Virus record (IMG/VR): IMGVR_UViG_3300033067_002502
Location: 1-64,000 of that record
Reading direction: 5' to 3' (one strand)
Length of the DNA stretch: 64,000 nt
Origin: a virus
Taxonomy: Duplodnaviria > Caudoviricetes
Under the pieces are notes generated by a model. It worked only from the letters and a program-made list of their open reading frames with translations. It had not been told where the DNA came from and searched no databases. Position numbers and translations under genes: made by a program. Positions 27,912 to 37,146 of this stretch are shown one piece after another; positions within the stretch are counted from its first letter, which is position 1, and every line of letters begins with the position of its first letter.

Positions 27912-29300
27912 ATGGAAAAAACAATTGAATTATTAGTATCCATTGCCGAACAGTTAGACAGTCAAGGTCTTACTGTTTTGGCTTCTAGAGTTGATTCTGT
28001 TGCTAATAATGCATTAAGCATCAAAACAGCTCAGTATGTAGGAATGCAGGGCTATGCAATTAGAAATTCGAGATGCTGGGGTAATTGTTATCGAAAGAAA
28101 AGATTAGATTCTCCAACAAAATCAGCTCAAATAGTTTGGACTGAATGCCATAAAGAATACGTTGAGTCTATCAATAATGACGGTTCTAAGTGGGATAAAT
28201 ATGCTGATTCTCAAGAATCTTTTGTTAAAGTAGCTTCTATTCCTCAAAGTAAATATCTAGAGATAGATAAGCAGATTTGCAAAGTTATTGATGAAAAGGT
28301 TGCTTCAGGTTTAGATTTAGGCAATGCTATTTTTGCTTCAATTGATGACATATCTAATGCTCCTCATGAACAAATTATTGCATCAAGTAACGAATTACTT
28401 GATATAGCTACAGATCTTGTTGCTAATCCAGTATTGGCAGAAAAGTTAGCTGAAGCAGCTAATGATTTTACAAAAGAAGCTGGATTCTTTGACGGTATTG
28501 GTAGAGCGGTTGGAAATAAATGGCAAGGATTTCAACTTGACAGAAATATAGGAAGCGGTATTGGAGATATGGATAAATCTATAGCTCTTGTTATGCAATC
28601 TCTTACTAATTTAGAATCATCAAAACAGAAATTACAAAAATATCTTACAAATTTCAAACCAAGAACTCCTCAACAAAAACAATCTATAGATAATTCTTTA
28701 CAAGGAATGTTCGATCTTAAGCTTGTCAGTCCTTTAGCAGTTAAGAGGAAATGGGAATCAGTAAAGCAAACTATTAATTTAGGAATGCAGTCTTCTCCTC
28801 AACAACAAGCCCCTCAACAACAACAGCAAGCCCATCAACAAACACCTCAGCAAATGCCTTCAAACGTTTCAGGCCCTATGGGAGGATGGTCAGCTCCTAC
28901 TTTTGCATCTAATAAAGTAGAAATAAAGTTAGCAGATGTTGAAGAATATTATAGTGGATTTAATCCAAAAACAAAATCTGTATTTGAAGAAAAGGGACCA
29001 GTTTCTCCTGTTTTTAATCCAAAAACAAAATCTGTATTTGAGGAAAAAGTAGAGCAGGAAATTAATTCAATTAAGAAAAAACAAACACCACTCCCTACAA
29101 GCGGAGTAGTTCAGAATGAAGTAAATTCAATAGATCCGGTAAATTTTGAAAAAGTATATAGAGCAATAAAATCTAATAAAAAAGTAAAAAATTTATCTGA
29201 CGAAACAATTGGTTATTTAGAAAGTTTAGATGATAATCAGTTTTTACAAATTAAAGAGTGGCAAAAAAGAAGATGGGATGCATCTAAAAGAACAAAGTAA
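27912..29300 (+). CDS. putative head internal polyprotein
   Basis: KTAQ, KVAS (x2), KEAG and KLAD motifs; Cys-containing segment; Q-rich linker. Confidence 0.6.
   Translation: MEKTIELLVSIAEQLDSQGLTVLASRVDSVANNALSIKTAQYVGMQGYAIRNSRCWGNCYRKKRLDSPTKSAQIVWTECHKEYVESINNDGSKWDKYADSQESFVKVASIPQSKYLEIDKQICKVIDEKVASGLDLGNAIFASIDDISNAPHEQIIASSNELLDIATDLVANPVLAEKLAEAANDFTKEAGFFDGIGRAVGNKWQGFQLDRNIGSGIGDMDKSIALVMQSLTNLESSKQKLQKYLTNFKPRTPQQKQSIDNSLQGMFDLKLVSPLAVKRKWESVKQTINLGMQSSPQQQAPQQQQQAHQQTPQQMPSNVSGPMGGWSAPTFASNKVEIKLADVEEYYSGFNPKTKSVFEEKGPVSPVFNPKTKSVFEEKVEQEINSIKKKQTPLPTSGVVQNEVNSIDPVNFEKVYRAIKSNKKVKNLSDETIGYLESLDDNQFLQIKEWQKRRWDASKRTK
28959..29047 (+). repeat. short intragenic direct repeat (FNPKTKSVFEEK x2)
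   Basis: tttaatccaaaaacaaaatctgtatttga at 28959 and 29013. Confidence 0.85.
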
Positions 29301-29394
29301 AGTATTTGTTTTTAGCGAAAAGAAGGAATTTGGGAATATAATAAGGAAAACAATCTAAAGCGAAAAGCTTTTAGATCTAAAGGAGAATATTGTT

Positions 29395-30057
29395 ATGAAG
29401 TTTATTACAAATAGGATTTCAACGGGTAAATCAACTGGTTTCAGTGATTTTGTTACAAAGCTTGCAGCAAGCAATGCTTCTTTAGCAAAAACAGCTCAAG
29501 TTTCTAATTTTGGAGACAAGCAAGCTAAGCCTTTTGGAGCAAAAGAAGAAGGTAAAGAAACAGAGCCAAAGAAAGATGCAAAGAAAGAAGGAGAAGAGAA
29601 AGAAGCTTGTGAAACCTCTTGTGCTTCTAACGAGTCTTCCGTAAAAACAGCTAAAGAAGATAAGAAAGAAACAGCAAAAGATGGTGTAATGAAAGTTAAA
29701 ATGCAGAAAATGGACCCAGTTGGCGGAACGAATACAGGAAAACCAGGCGGAGAGAAGAAGAAAGCTTCTAATTCTGATGTAGATCCAGCAAACAAGGGAG
29801 TAACTCATAAGGTTGACGAATGCTGCGGAGCTCCAACATCTAAAACGGATGACGGAAGCGAATCTCCTAAGAGTGAAAAGAAAACAGAAAAGAAAGAAGT
29901 TACTAAAGTTGAAGTTAAAGCAGAAGAGAAGAAAGCTTCTGTTCATAAGTGGGTAAAAATTTCTAATTTAGATTCTAAGACAAAGAATGCATGGAAGGCT
30001 TATTGGAAGAATCTTTATCCTACAGAATATGTCGATGCAATGTTTGCTGATAAGTAA
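29395..30057 (+). CDS. putative head core/scaffold-like protein
   Basis: AAGGAG RBS; K/E-rich; KTAQ and KKAS motifs; C-terminal YWKNLYPTEYVDAM. Confidence 0.6.
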   Translation: MKFITNRISTGKSTGFSDFVTKLAASNASLAKTAQVSNFGDKQAKPFGAKEEGKETEPKKDAKKEGEEKEACETSCASNESSVKTAKEDKKETAKDGVMKVKMQKMDPVGGTNTGKPGGEKKKASNSDVDPANKGVTHKVDECCGAPTSKTDDGSESPKSEKKTEKKEVTKVEVKAEEKKASVHKWVKISNLDSKTKNAWKAYWKNLYPTEYVDAMFADK

Positions 30058-30093
30058 TTATTGTTAAGCATGTTTTATTGTTAGGAGAATCTA

Positions 30094-30882
30094 ATGTATA
30101 TTGTTCCAAGCGGTACTCGCAGATTAATGAAATTCCAGCAAGCAGAAGTTTCGCCCAATTCAACCCCTAAGCCTAGAACAGGCATAGAGCAAGAAGAGGT
30201 CGGTGGTATGGGTTTAACTCCACCTCAACAACCTTCACAGTCTGGTGGGGGTTTTAATCCACTTGGTCAGCTTGGCAATACTTTAGATCAACAAGGACAA
30301 AATTCTCAACAAACCGCTACTCCAAACGCAGGCAATGCTGATAGCAATCCTTCTCAAGATGTTAATTTAGAGGGTAATCCTTCTGATGGAAAAGAGTCAG
30401 AAGGAATTGAAGATGGTTCTAAAATTGCAAACGACATAAGAACTGCTTGGTATAAAATAATGGAAGGTCTAGGTGTTCCTCCTAGACTTTTTAGAAATAG
30501 TCAGCATGCAGATAAGTTTTTTCATATTGATGAGGAAGTTATTGGAAAAGGAGAGGCTCACGGCTTTTTTGTTCTTCCTAGCAAAACTCAAAGTAAGCAA
30601 ATTCCAAAAGAAGAAGCAGTTGCTATTGCTAAGAAACTTGGTTCTCAATTTGGTATTACTAATATGAATTTTAGTTATGCTGTTGGAGATAATTATAAAT
30701 TTACATTTAAAGTTTTAGTTCAAGATAATAGCAATATGTCTGGAAGTTCTCTTGATTCAATGATTTCTGGAGGATCTTCAAGCAAGTCTGCTTCTTCTAA
30801 GAATTCTTTTATAAAACAAAGTCACAATAGTATTATAGATTCCCTTATTAAACAGGGTTTTGGAGTTAAAAATGCTTCGTAA
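30094..30882 (+). CDS. hypothetical protein
   Basis: AGGAG RBS. Confidence 0.7.
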   Translation: MYIVPSGTRRLMKFQQAEVSPNSTPKPRTGIEQEEVGGMGLTPPQQPSQSGGGFNPLGQLGNTLDQQGQNSQQTATPNAGNADSNPSQDVNLEGNPSDGKESEGIEDGSKIANDIRTAWYKIMEGLGVPPRLFRNSQHADKFFHIDEEVIGKGEAHGFFVLPSKTQSKQIPKEEAVAIAKKLGSQFGITNMNFSYAVGDNYKFTFKVLVQDNSNMSGSSLDSMISGGSSSKSASSKNSFIKQSHNSIIDSLIKQGFGVKNAS

Positions 30883-31654
30883 ACAATCAGAAAATTTAGA
30901 TCTTGTCAACTCTTTACTTAATCAAAATGGTAAAGTAAATTATCGCAAAGAAAGACTTGAGAGAGAGCCAGAAATGAAACAAGCTAAGAAGATTGAAAAA
31001 GATCGTTCTTGGGCTGTAGAAAAAGGAACAGAGCGTTCCGAATATAATAACCCAATTTCTCGTGGAGATTCTAGTATTCGTCCTGCTCGTTGTGCTTCTC
31101 AAGGAGGTATAACAGATATGGGCGGTCCATCAAAGCATGTTAATGTTTCTGGTAAAAACTCTATTTGGGATAGCGAAGTTCTTGCTAATCTTTCAAAAAC
31201 TTCTTCTTCTAAAGAAATGACTAAGCAAGAAAAAGATTCTACAGAAAAAATTCGTCAATCTAAGCAAAATGAATATAAGCAAAGTATGTCACCTAAGATG
31301 GGTGATGATTCTGAAAATCTTGTAAAAAAAGCATCTACAGTTTCTCCTGTTTCTGCTGTTTCTAGCGGTAAAGGATGGATTCCTGCAAATAAACTTAGCA
31401 TGTTTGACACTAATGATAATTTTGATAGATTAACATCTCTTAGAGAAAGAGTTAATCCAACTGTTGAAAAACAAGTAAAAATTGCTGAAACAAAAACAGT
31501 TTCAAAGTCTTTTTCTTCTAAAGATTCATCAAATAGATTTATTGATGGTATTATGAGTCAGAGTCAAGATTCTTCTTATAAAAGCGTTCACAATGACTCT
31601 GTTGAAAGACTTTATAAAGTTTTAGCTGAGAGAAATATAAATAAGGATAAGTAA
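30872..31654 (+). CDS. hypothetical protein
   Basis: GGAG RBS; VKKAS and VKIAE motifs. Confidence 0.7.
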   Translation: MLRKQSENLDLVNSLLNQNGKVNYRKERLEREPEMKQAKKIEKDRSWAVEKGTERSEYNNPISRGDSSIRPARCASQGGITDMGGPSKHVNVSGKNSIWDSEVLANLSKTSSSKEMTKQEKDSTEKIRQSKQNEYKQSMSPKMGDDSENLVKKASTVSPVSAVSSGKGWIPANKLSMFDTNDNFDRLTSLRERVNPTVEKQVKIAETKTVSKSFSSKDSSNRFIDGIMSQSQDSSYKSVHNDSVERLYKVLAERNINKDK

Positions 31655-33309
31655 TGGAAATGACTTCAGGACCATCTTCTGCTAATCTAACTCATCAAAT
31701 GGCTGAAATACCTAAACAGCAAGTTGATAAGGCAACAAATCTTATTTCTACATCTAATCCAATGATAGATCCAAATGCATCAAAAGGAACTAATGTTTCT
31801 TTTTTAAATAGTTTTATGGATTCTCTTAATAATTCAATAGATGCTGCTAATGGCAAAAACGATACAGCTATTGACATGAAAGAGGATTTAAGTATGAATC
31901 CTGAACCTTTATTAGCTTCTTCTTATTTTGATCTTTCTAAATTTTCTCAGATGAATCAACAAATGCAGACATCTCCAATGGAAAATCCTACAACACCAAT
32001 TGAAAATCCTTCATCTTCAATGGAAGATCCTATGGCAAATGAAATGGGTAACAATATTGGAACTAAATTCAGAAATCCTGAAGAACTTAAATCTCTTTTA
32101 GATCAAGGAATGGAAAACCATGATTTAAAAAACGAATTAATTAGATCTGCTCCAGAAGATCAACAGCAAACAATAAGCGATTCAATTAAAAAATATTATG
32201 ATCCACAAACTTCTGAAGGCGAAAGGTTTTCTATAGTTGGAACAATTTATGATATTATTAATGGAGAAGGAGATAACACAGTGCCAGCAGAATATATTCA
32301 AGCATCAGTAGATGCTCTTATAAAAGAATCTAATGAGAAAATTAAACAATTTGCAAAGAAAGCTGCTTCTGTTAAGTCTGTAAAGAAGGCAAAATCTTCT
32401 TATAATTTAAAGAAGCAAGCTCAGCAGTTTGCAGGAACAGGTCATACAGAATTTGTAAATTTCGGGCCAAATGAAAAAAGAATGCTTCCTTATAGCAATA
32501 CTGGTTTAGTTGGAAGCGATTGGCATGTTTGGCTTAGAGCAAGAGATCATAATTTTATATTTGACGACCATGCTGTAGATTTTGACACGTTTTGGCGTGG
32601 AAATATCATGGACAAGTACAGTCAACCCTATCGAAATAAAAAAGGAGAATGGGTTGGAGGTTATTTAAATAAGAGATTTGAAACAGATCATAACATTCCT
32701 GAGGGAAACAATCTTCAACTTCTTCCAGGACAACTTCGTCGTCCTTATCTTCCTCAGTTTGCAACTATGGAAGCTCGTATGGAAGATTCTAGAAGTAAGC
32801 TTGCAAAAGATAGAGGTTATAGTCCAACAGATACTGATGCCGAAGCTTATAATTGGCATACCGCTTCCTCTCAAAAAAAAAAAGTAATAGCATCTGATGA
32901 CTTGGGAATCGGATCTCTTCCTTCAATAGAGCAAACAAAGCCTCTTGGAGGGGTTAAGCAATGTCCATCTTGTGGCTCTGATAACAGTGCTACGGAAATT
33001 ATTTGCGTTAATTGTAAAGCTCCTATTCCAAAAGGAACTAGAACTTATAACCAGAAACAAAGAGACAAAAAAGGCAAACAAAAAGGAGCTAACCCCCATG
33101 AGGTAGTATTTATGGGAGCTCCTGTTAATAGGCAATTTGTTCCTGGGTTTGGAAGGCCAATAGAGGCTCAAATTATTCCTTCTAATAAAACAATACCATT
33201 AGTTAATCCGATAAAGAATAAGAAGCTTATTTCAGATGATGATGCTGAATTTGTTGACGATCATCATCTTTCTGATGTAGAGAATTCTGCTAATGAACTA
33301 GGCTTATAA
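31654..33309 (+). CDS. putative head protein with Zn ribbon
   Basis: YFDLSKFSQ, YNLKKQAQ, KKVIAS; CPSC...CVNC. Confidence 0.65.
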   Translation: MEMTSGPSSANLTHQMAEIPKQQVDKATNLISTSNPMIDPNASKGTNVSFLNSFMDSLNNSIDAANGKNDTAIDMKEDLSMNPEPLLASSYFDLSKFSQMNQQMQTSPMENPTTPIENPSSSMEDPMANEMGNNIGTKFRNPEELKSLLDQGMENHDLKNELIRSAPEDQQQTISDSIKKYYDPQTSEGERFSIVGTIYDIINGEGDNTVPAEYIQASVDALIKESNEKIKQFAKKAASVKSVKKAKSSYNLKKQAQQFAGTGHTEFVNFGPNEKRMLPYSNTGLVGSDWHVWLRARDHNFIFDDHAVDFDTFWRGNIMDKYSQPYRNKKGEWVGGYLNKRFETDHNIPEGNNLQLLPGQLRRPYLPQFATMEARMEDSRSKLAKDRGYSPTDTDAEAYNWHTASSQKKKVIASDDLGIGSLPSIEQTKPLGGVKQCPSCGSDNSATEIICVNCKAPIPKGTRTYNQKQRDKKGKQKGANPHEVVFMGAPVNRQFVPGFGRPIEAQIIPSNKTIPLVNPIKNKKLISDDDAEFVDDHHLSDVENSANELGL

Positions 33310-33327
33310 AAAAGGAAGATATACTAA

Positions 33328-36300
33328 ATGGCTGAAAATCAAGGAAAACCAATTAAAATGCAGTTACCTACTAAAAAAGTATCTGCTACTATTTTGGCCT
33401 CTAAAGGAAATGTTATAAAAGACGGCAATGCTGCTAATCTTAATAATTACGCAGGATCTACTGTTCTTACTTTTCCTATTACAAAAAATTCTCAGTTTGC
33501 AGGTTCTGGTGCTAATGTTACAATGACTCAGCCTATGTTCTTTTCTCCACTGCACACTCCTCAAAACTGGCAGATTGCAAGTAAAAGAAAAGAAGTTTAT
33601 CAATGGGCAAGACATTATTACGAAAATGAACCAAAAGTTGCTGCAGGTATAGATTTTTATTCCCAATTCCCAATTAACGGAATGAAATTAACTTGTAAGA
33701 AAAAAAGCGTTATGAGATTTTATGAAAGACTTGTAGAAAAAGTAGATCTCATGTATTGGCTTAGAATGATAAGTCACCAAAGATTTCTTCTTGGTGATGT
33801 TTATGTTATGACGGAAATAGAATGCCCTCATTGTAAAGGAAGCGGCATTGATAAAGAAAGCGGAGAAAATTGCAATCATCCAGATGGAACAATAGGAAGA
33901 GTTACAGTTCTTAATCCTGATTGGATTGAAGTTATGAAAACTCCTATTTCTCAAGAACCTCAAATTGTTCTTTTGCCAGATGAGGAAATTCAAAAGATTA
34001 TTCAAACGAAACAGCCAAAATTTTTATATGATCAGATTCCAGATAATATAAAGATGCAAATTATGGCTAAAAAACCAATTCTTTTATCAAATAGAGTTAC
34101 AAGTCATATAAAGCACGGAGGAGTTCCTTATGGAACATATGGAGAGTCTTTACTTCGTCGCTTGTTTACGAGTCTTGCATACAAAACAAAATTAATGACA
34201 GCAAACTGGATTGTTGCAGAAAGGCTAATCCTCCCTGTTCGTATTGTGAAGGTTGGTTCTGATGAACGTCCAGCAGATGATGAAGCAATTGCAGATATGT
34301 CTTCTCAATTATCTGCTGTTGCAAACGATCCAAATCTTACAATCGTAACTCATAATAATGTTGAATATGAATGGTACGGGGCCTGCCAGGATAATTTAAC
34401 AGAAATTCTAACTTACAATGGTTGGAAATTGTTTAAAGATATTAGTAAAGATGAGATAGTGTCTACTTATAATAAAGACTCTGGTTTTATGCAATGGCAG
34501 CAAATACAAAAGTATCATGAATATGATTTTAAGTCAACAGAAACTCTTAAAATGATTGATTTTAAATCGAGAGGAGTTGATATTAGAGTAACTCCTAATC
34601 ATAGAATGCTTGTTCAGAGAGATGACAAATGGATTGAGGTTTTGTCTCAAGAAGTTAAGCATGGCGATAAGTTTTTAAATAATATTAATTGGCAAGGATA
34701 TTTTCCAGAAGTATTACAGTACAAAGATAGTCCTTTATCTCATCTTGTTCTTGATGATTATTTAGAATTTGTTGGCTATTATTTAAGTGAAGGCGGAGTT
34801 AAGAGAGAAACAAAACGAAATCTTTCTGTAGATAAACAAATACAAGCATGTTCTGTTGGACAAAATAGAAATAGTCCAATTTATTCTTCTATGAAAGATG
34901 TTGTAGAATTGGTTTATCCTAATTTTTCTGAAACAAAAGATGATCGAGGAAATGACACTTTTTGCAATTTTACTATTAATAATGTAAAAATTGCAAGATA
35001 TATGGCTGAAGAATTTGGCTCTAAATCTTCTGAAAAGAAAATTCCTACTTGGGTTCTTAATCTTCCTAAAAATAAATTAAAAATAGTTTATGATGCAATG
35101 ATGGCTGGAGATGGAGATTTAAGAAATGATAATATTAAACCAAGATATAGGTATACAACTACATCTAAGAATCTTTCTAATGCTTTTTCTGAAATAGTAT
35201 TAAAACTCGGGTATTTTTCATCTACATGTTTAGAAAAAGCAAAAAACGAAAGATGCAATGATATTTATAGAATTTATTGGTCAGAAGATCGAGTTGAGAC
35301 TCCTTTTGAAATAAGAAATCAACATATTTCTAGAACTGATTATGACGGTAAAGTTTATTGCGTAACTGTTCCTAATGGTTTTATAATTACTCGTCGTAAC
35401 GGAAGAATTACAGTTCAGGGTAATAGTGGAAAGATTCATAACATTAATGCAGAATTAGAATTTGTTGGTAAAGAAATTCTTGATGGATTGATGTTAAATC
35501 AAACTCTTTTAAATGGAGAAATGGCTGGCTATAACTCTGCTCAAGTTGGAGTTGAAGTTATGATTCGTCGTCTTGAGTCTTGGAGAAATGAGCTTGCTCA
35601 GTGGATTGAGAAAAATATTTTCTTACCAGTTGCTAAGATGCAAGGATTTATTGATGAAGAAGAAACAAAAGAATTCAACGAGACAACTTATCTTTATCCA
35701 AGAATTAAGTGGAATGATTTACGTCTTAGAGACAATACAAACCAACTTCAGATGTATTTGCAAATGCAACAATCTGGGTTAATATCAGCCCAAACTCTTC
35801 TTGAAGAATTTGATCTTGATTATGATTTAGAAGTTGAAAGAATAAGAGAAGAACAAGTTCAAGCTATGCAAAACGGAATGTTAGCTGGAGGTCAAGGAGC
35901 TGGTGGCGGTGGAGGAGGAATGGGTGGCGGTGGTGGTGGAGGCGGATCTCCAGGTGGTGCAGCTGGTGGAATGGATATGGGCATGGGTGGAGGAGGAGCT
36001 CCAGGAATGGATGGAGGTATGGGCGGAGCTCCAGGAATGGATGGAGGTATGGGCGGAGCTCCAGGTGGGGCTCCAGGTGGAATGGGAGCAGCAGCCGGTG
36101 GATCTCCTCAGAAGATATACAGAAAAGGAAAAGGTCCAAAAGAGGAAGAGGTAGCTCCTGTAAGACAAACAACGCTTCAATTAACAAAACCAGAATCAAA
36201 AATGTATAGAACATTAAATGCAATGTCTTTGCCATTTAGATTATTTGCTCAATATAAGCAACCAGTTCCAAATGATTCTAATTTTTATTTAATGGATTTT

Positions 36301-36630
36301 GCTATACCAGAAATAGGTGTTGATATAGAAGTTGATGGAGAGAAGTGGCATTCATCTGTTGAAGATAAACAGAGTGATAAAGAAAGAGACGTTGTTCTTG
36401 CTAAGTTAGGTTGGAGGGTTCTTAGATTTACAGAGCAAGCAATTGGAGAGCAGCTAGGAAAAGTTCAAGAAGTTATAAAGAAAGAAGTATACGACGCTGC
36501 TAAAGAAAAAAAATCTCTTTCAAAGAAGGCACAAGTAAGTCAAGAAATGAAATATGAAATAGAAAACTGTTTTGATGGATGTGAAATTTCAAGATGTTTA
36601 CCATTAGATAATGAGGTTAAAGAAGGATGA
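33328..36630 (+). CDS. portal protein with intein and C-terminal DUF559-like nuclease domain
   Basis: Position between terminase and protease; ENEPKVAAGIDFY, LGDVY, VLNPDWIEV, YGESLLRR, IKWNDLRL, ISAQTLLE are portal-like. Confidence 0.8.
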   Translation: MAENQGKPIKMQLPTKKVSATILASKGNVIKDGNAANLNNYAGSTVLTFPITKNSQFAGSGANVTMTQPMFFSPLHTPQNWQIASKRKEVYQWARHYYENEPKVAAGIDFYSQFPINGMKLTCKKKSVMRFYERLVEKVDLMYWLRMISHQRFLLGDVYVMTEIECPHCKGSGIDKESGENCNHPDGTIGRVTVLNPDWIEVMKTPISQEPQIVLLPDEEIQKIIQTKQPKFLYDQIPDNIKMQIMAKKPILLSNRVTSHIKHGGVPYGTYGESLLRRLFTSLAYKTKLMTANWIVAERLILPVRIVKVGSDERPADDEAIADMSSQLSAVANDPNLTIVTHNNVEYEWYGACQDNLTEILTYNGWKLFKDISKDEIVSTYNKDSGFMQWQQIQKYHEYDFKSTETLKMIDFKSRGVDIRVTPNHRMLVQRDDKWIEVLSQEVKHGDKFLNNINWQGYFPEVLQYKDSPLSHLVLDDYLEFVGYYLSEGGVKRETKRNLSVDKQIQACSVGQNRNSPIYSSMKDVVELVYPNFSETKDDRGNDTFCNFTINNVKIARYMAEEFGSKSSEKKIPTWVLNLPKNKLKIVYDAMMAGDGDLRNDNIKPRYRYTTTSKNLSNAFSEIVLKLGYFSSTCLEKAKNERCNDIYRIYWSEDRVETPFEIRNQHISRTDYDGKVYCVTVPNGFIITRRNGRITVQGNSGKIHNINAELEFVGKEILDGLMLNQTLLNGEMAGYNSAQVGVEVMIRRLESWRNELAQWIEKNIFLPVAKMQGFIDEEETKEFNETTYLYPRIKWNDLRLRDNTNQLQMYLQMQQSGLISAQTLLEEFDLDYDLEVERIREEQVQAMQNGMLAGGQGAGGGGGGMGGGGGGGGSPGGAAGGMDMGMGGGGAPGMDGGMGGAPGMDGGMGGAPGGAPGGMGAAAGGSPQKIYRKGKGPKEEEVAPVRQTTLQLTKPESKMYRTLNAMSLPFRLFAQYKQPVPNDSNFYLMDFAIPEIGVDIEVDGEKWHSSVEDKQSDKERDVVLAKLGWRVLRFTEQAIGEQLGKVQEVIKKEVYDAAKEKKSLSKKAQVSQEMKYEIENCFDGCEISRCLPLDNEVKEG
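34384..35424 (+). mobile_element. portal intein (347 aa, LAGLIDADG)
   Basis: YGA|CQDNLTEILTYNGW, VTPNHRM, GYYLSEG, MAGDG, YDGKVYCVTVPNG...VQGN|S. Confidence 0.92.
35995..36065 (+). repeat. 30-bp tandem repeat in the Gly/Met-rich portal linker
   Basis: ggagctccaggaatggatggaggtatgggc x2 plus a partial copy. Confidence 0.9.
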
Positions 36631-37070
36631 GCAATCTAATTTATAATCTTAATAAGATAGCAGGTCGTAAGAGAATTAAAGATCGAGGTATTCGGTGGGA
36701 AGAGATGTATAGAGATAGATCTCGTCCTCAAAAAGAAAAGTTCGAAAAACTTTTAGGACCAGGATCTTATTATCGTTGGGAAGGTCATGATTATACAACC
36801 AATTCCATTTATTATGTTGTTGTGGGGCCTTCTGTACAAAGGCATGTTGGCAAGATGTTTTTTGCTGGAATAAAGAAAATTCCAATTGAAGAATTTACAA
36901 AAGATCCAGATACAAAAACATACAGTCCTTATGGAGAATATTTTCCTACAATAAAAGGTGCTTTAATCTACGCAAGTCAAAGATGGGGAACAAAAGTTCC
37001 TAAAAATCAAATTCCTTATACCAAAGATACTTTAGCAAATGTAGACATTCCAGAACACGTTAAGGCTTAA
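36627..37070 (+). CDS. hypothetical protein
   Basis: ATGA overlap; starts MSNLIYNLNKIAG. Confidence 0.7.
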   Translation: MSNLIYNLNKIAGRKRIKDRGIRWEEMYRDRSRPQKEKFEKLLGPGSYYRWEGHDYTTNSIYYVVVGPSVQRHVGKMFFAGIKKIPIEEFTKDPDTKTYSPYGEYFPTIKGALIYASQRWGTKVPKNQIPYTKDTLANVDIPEHVKA

Positions 37071-37085
37071 TAGAATTTATAATTG

Positions 37086-37117
37086 TAGGATTTGCTGTAA
37101 TATGTTTGAATATAAAT
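37086..37117 (+). promoter_or_regulatory. AGG-N18-GAA promoter of the protease/capsid operon
   Basis: TAGG-N18-GAATATA; identical spacing at several other intergenic sites. Confidence 0.65.
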
Positions 37118-37146
37118 GTTGATATAAATTAGGAGATTGAATTCGA

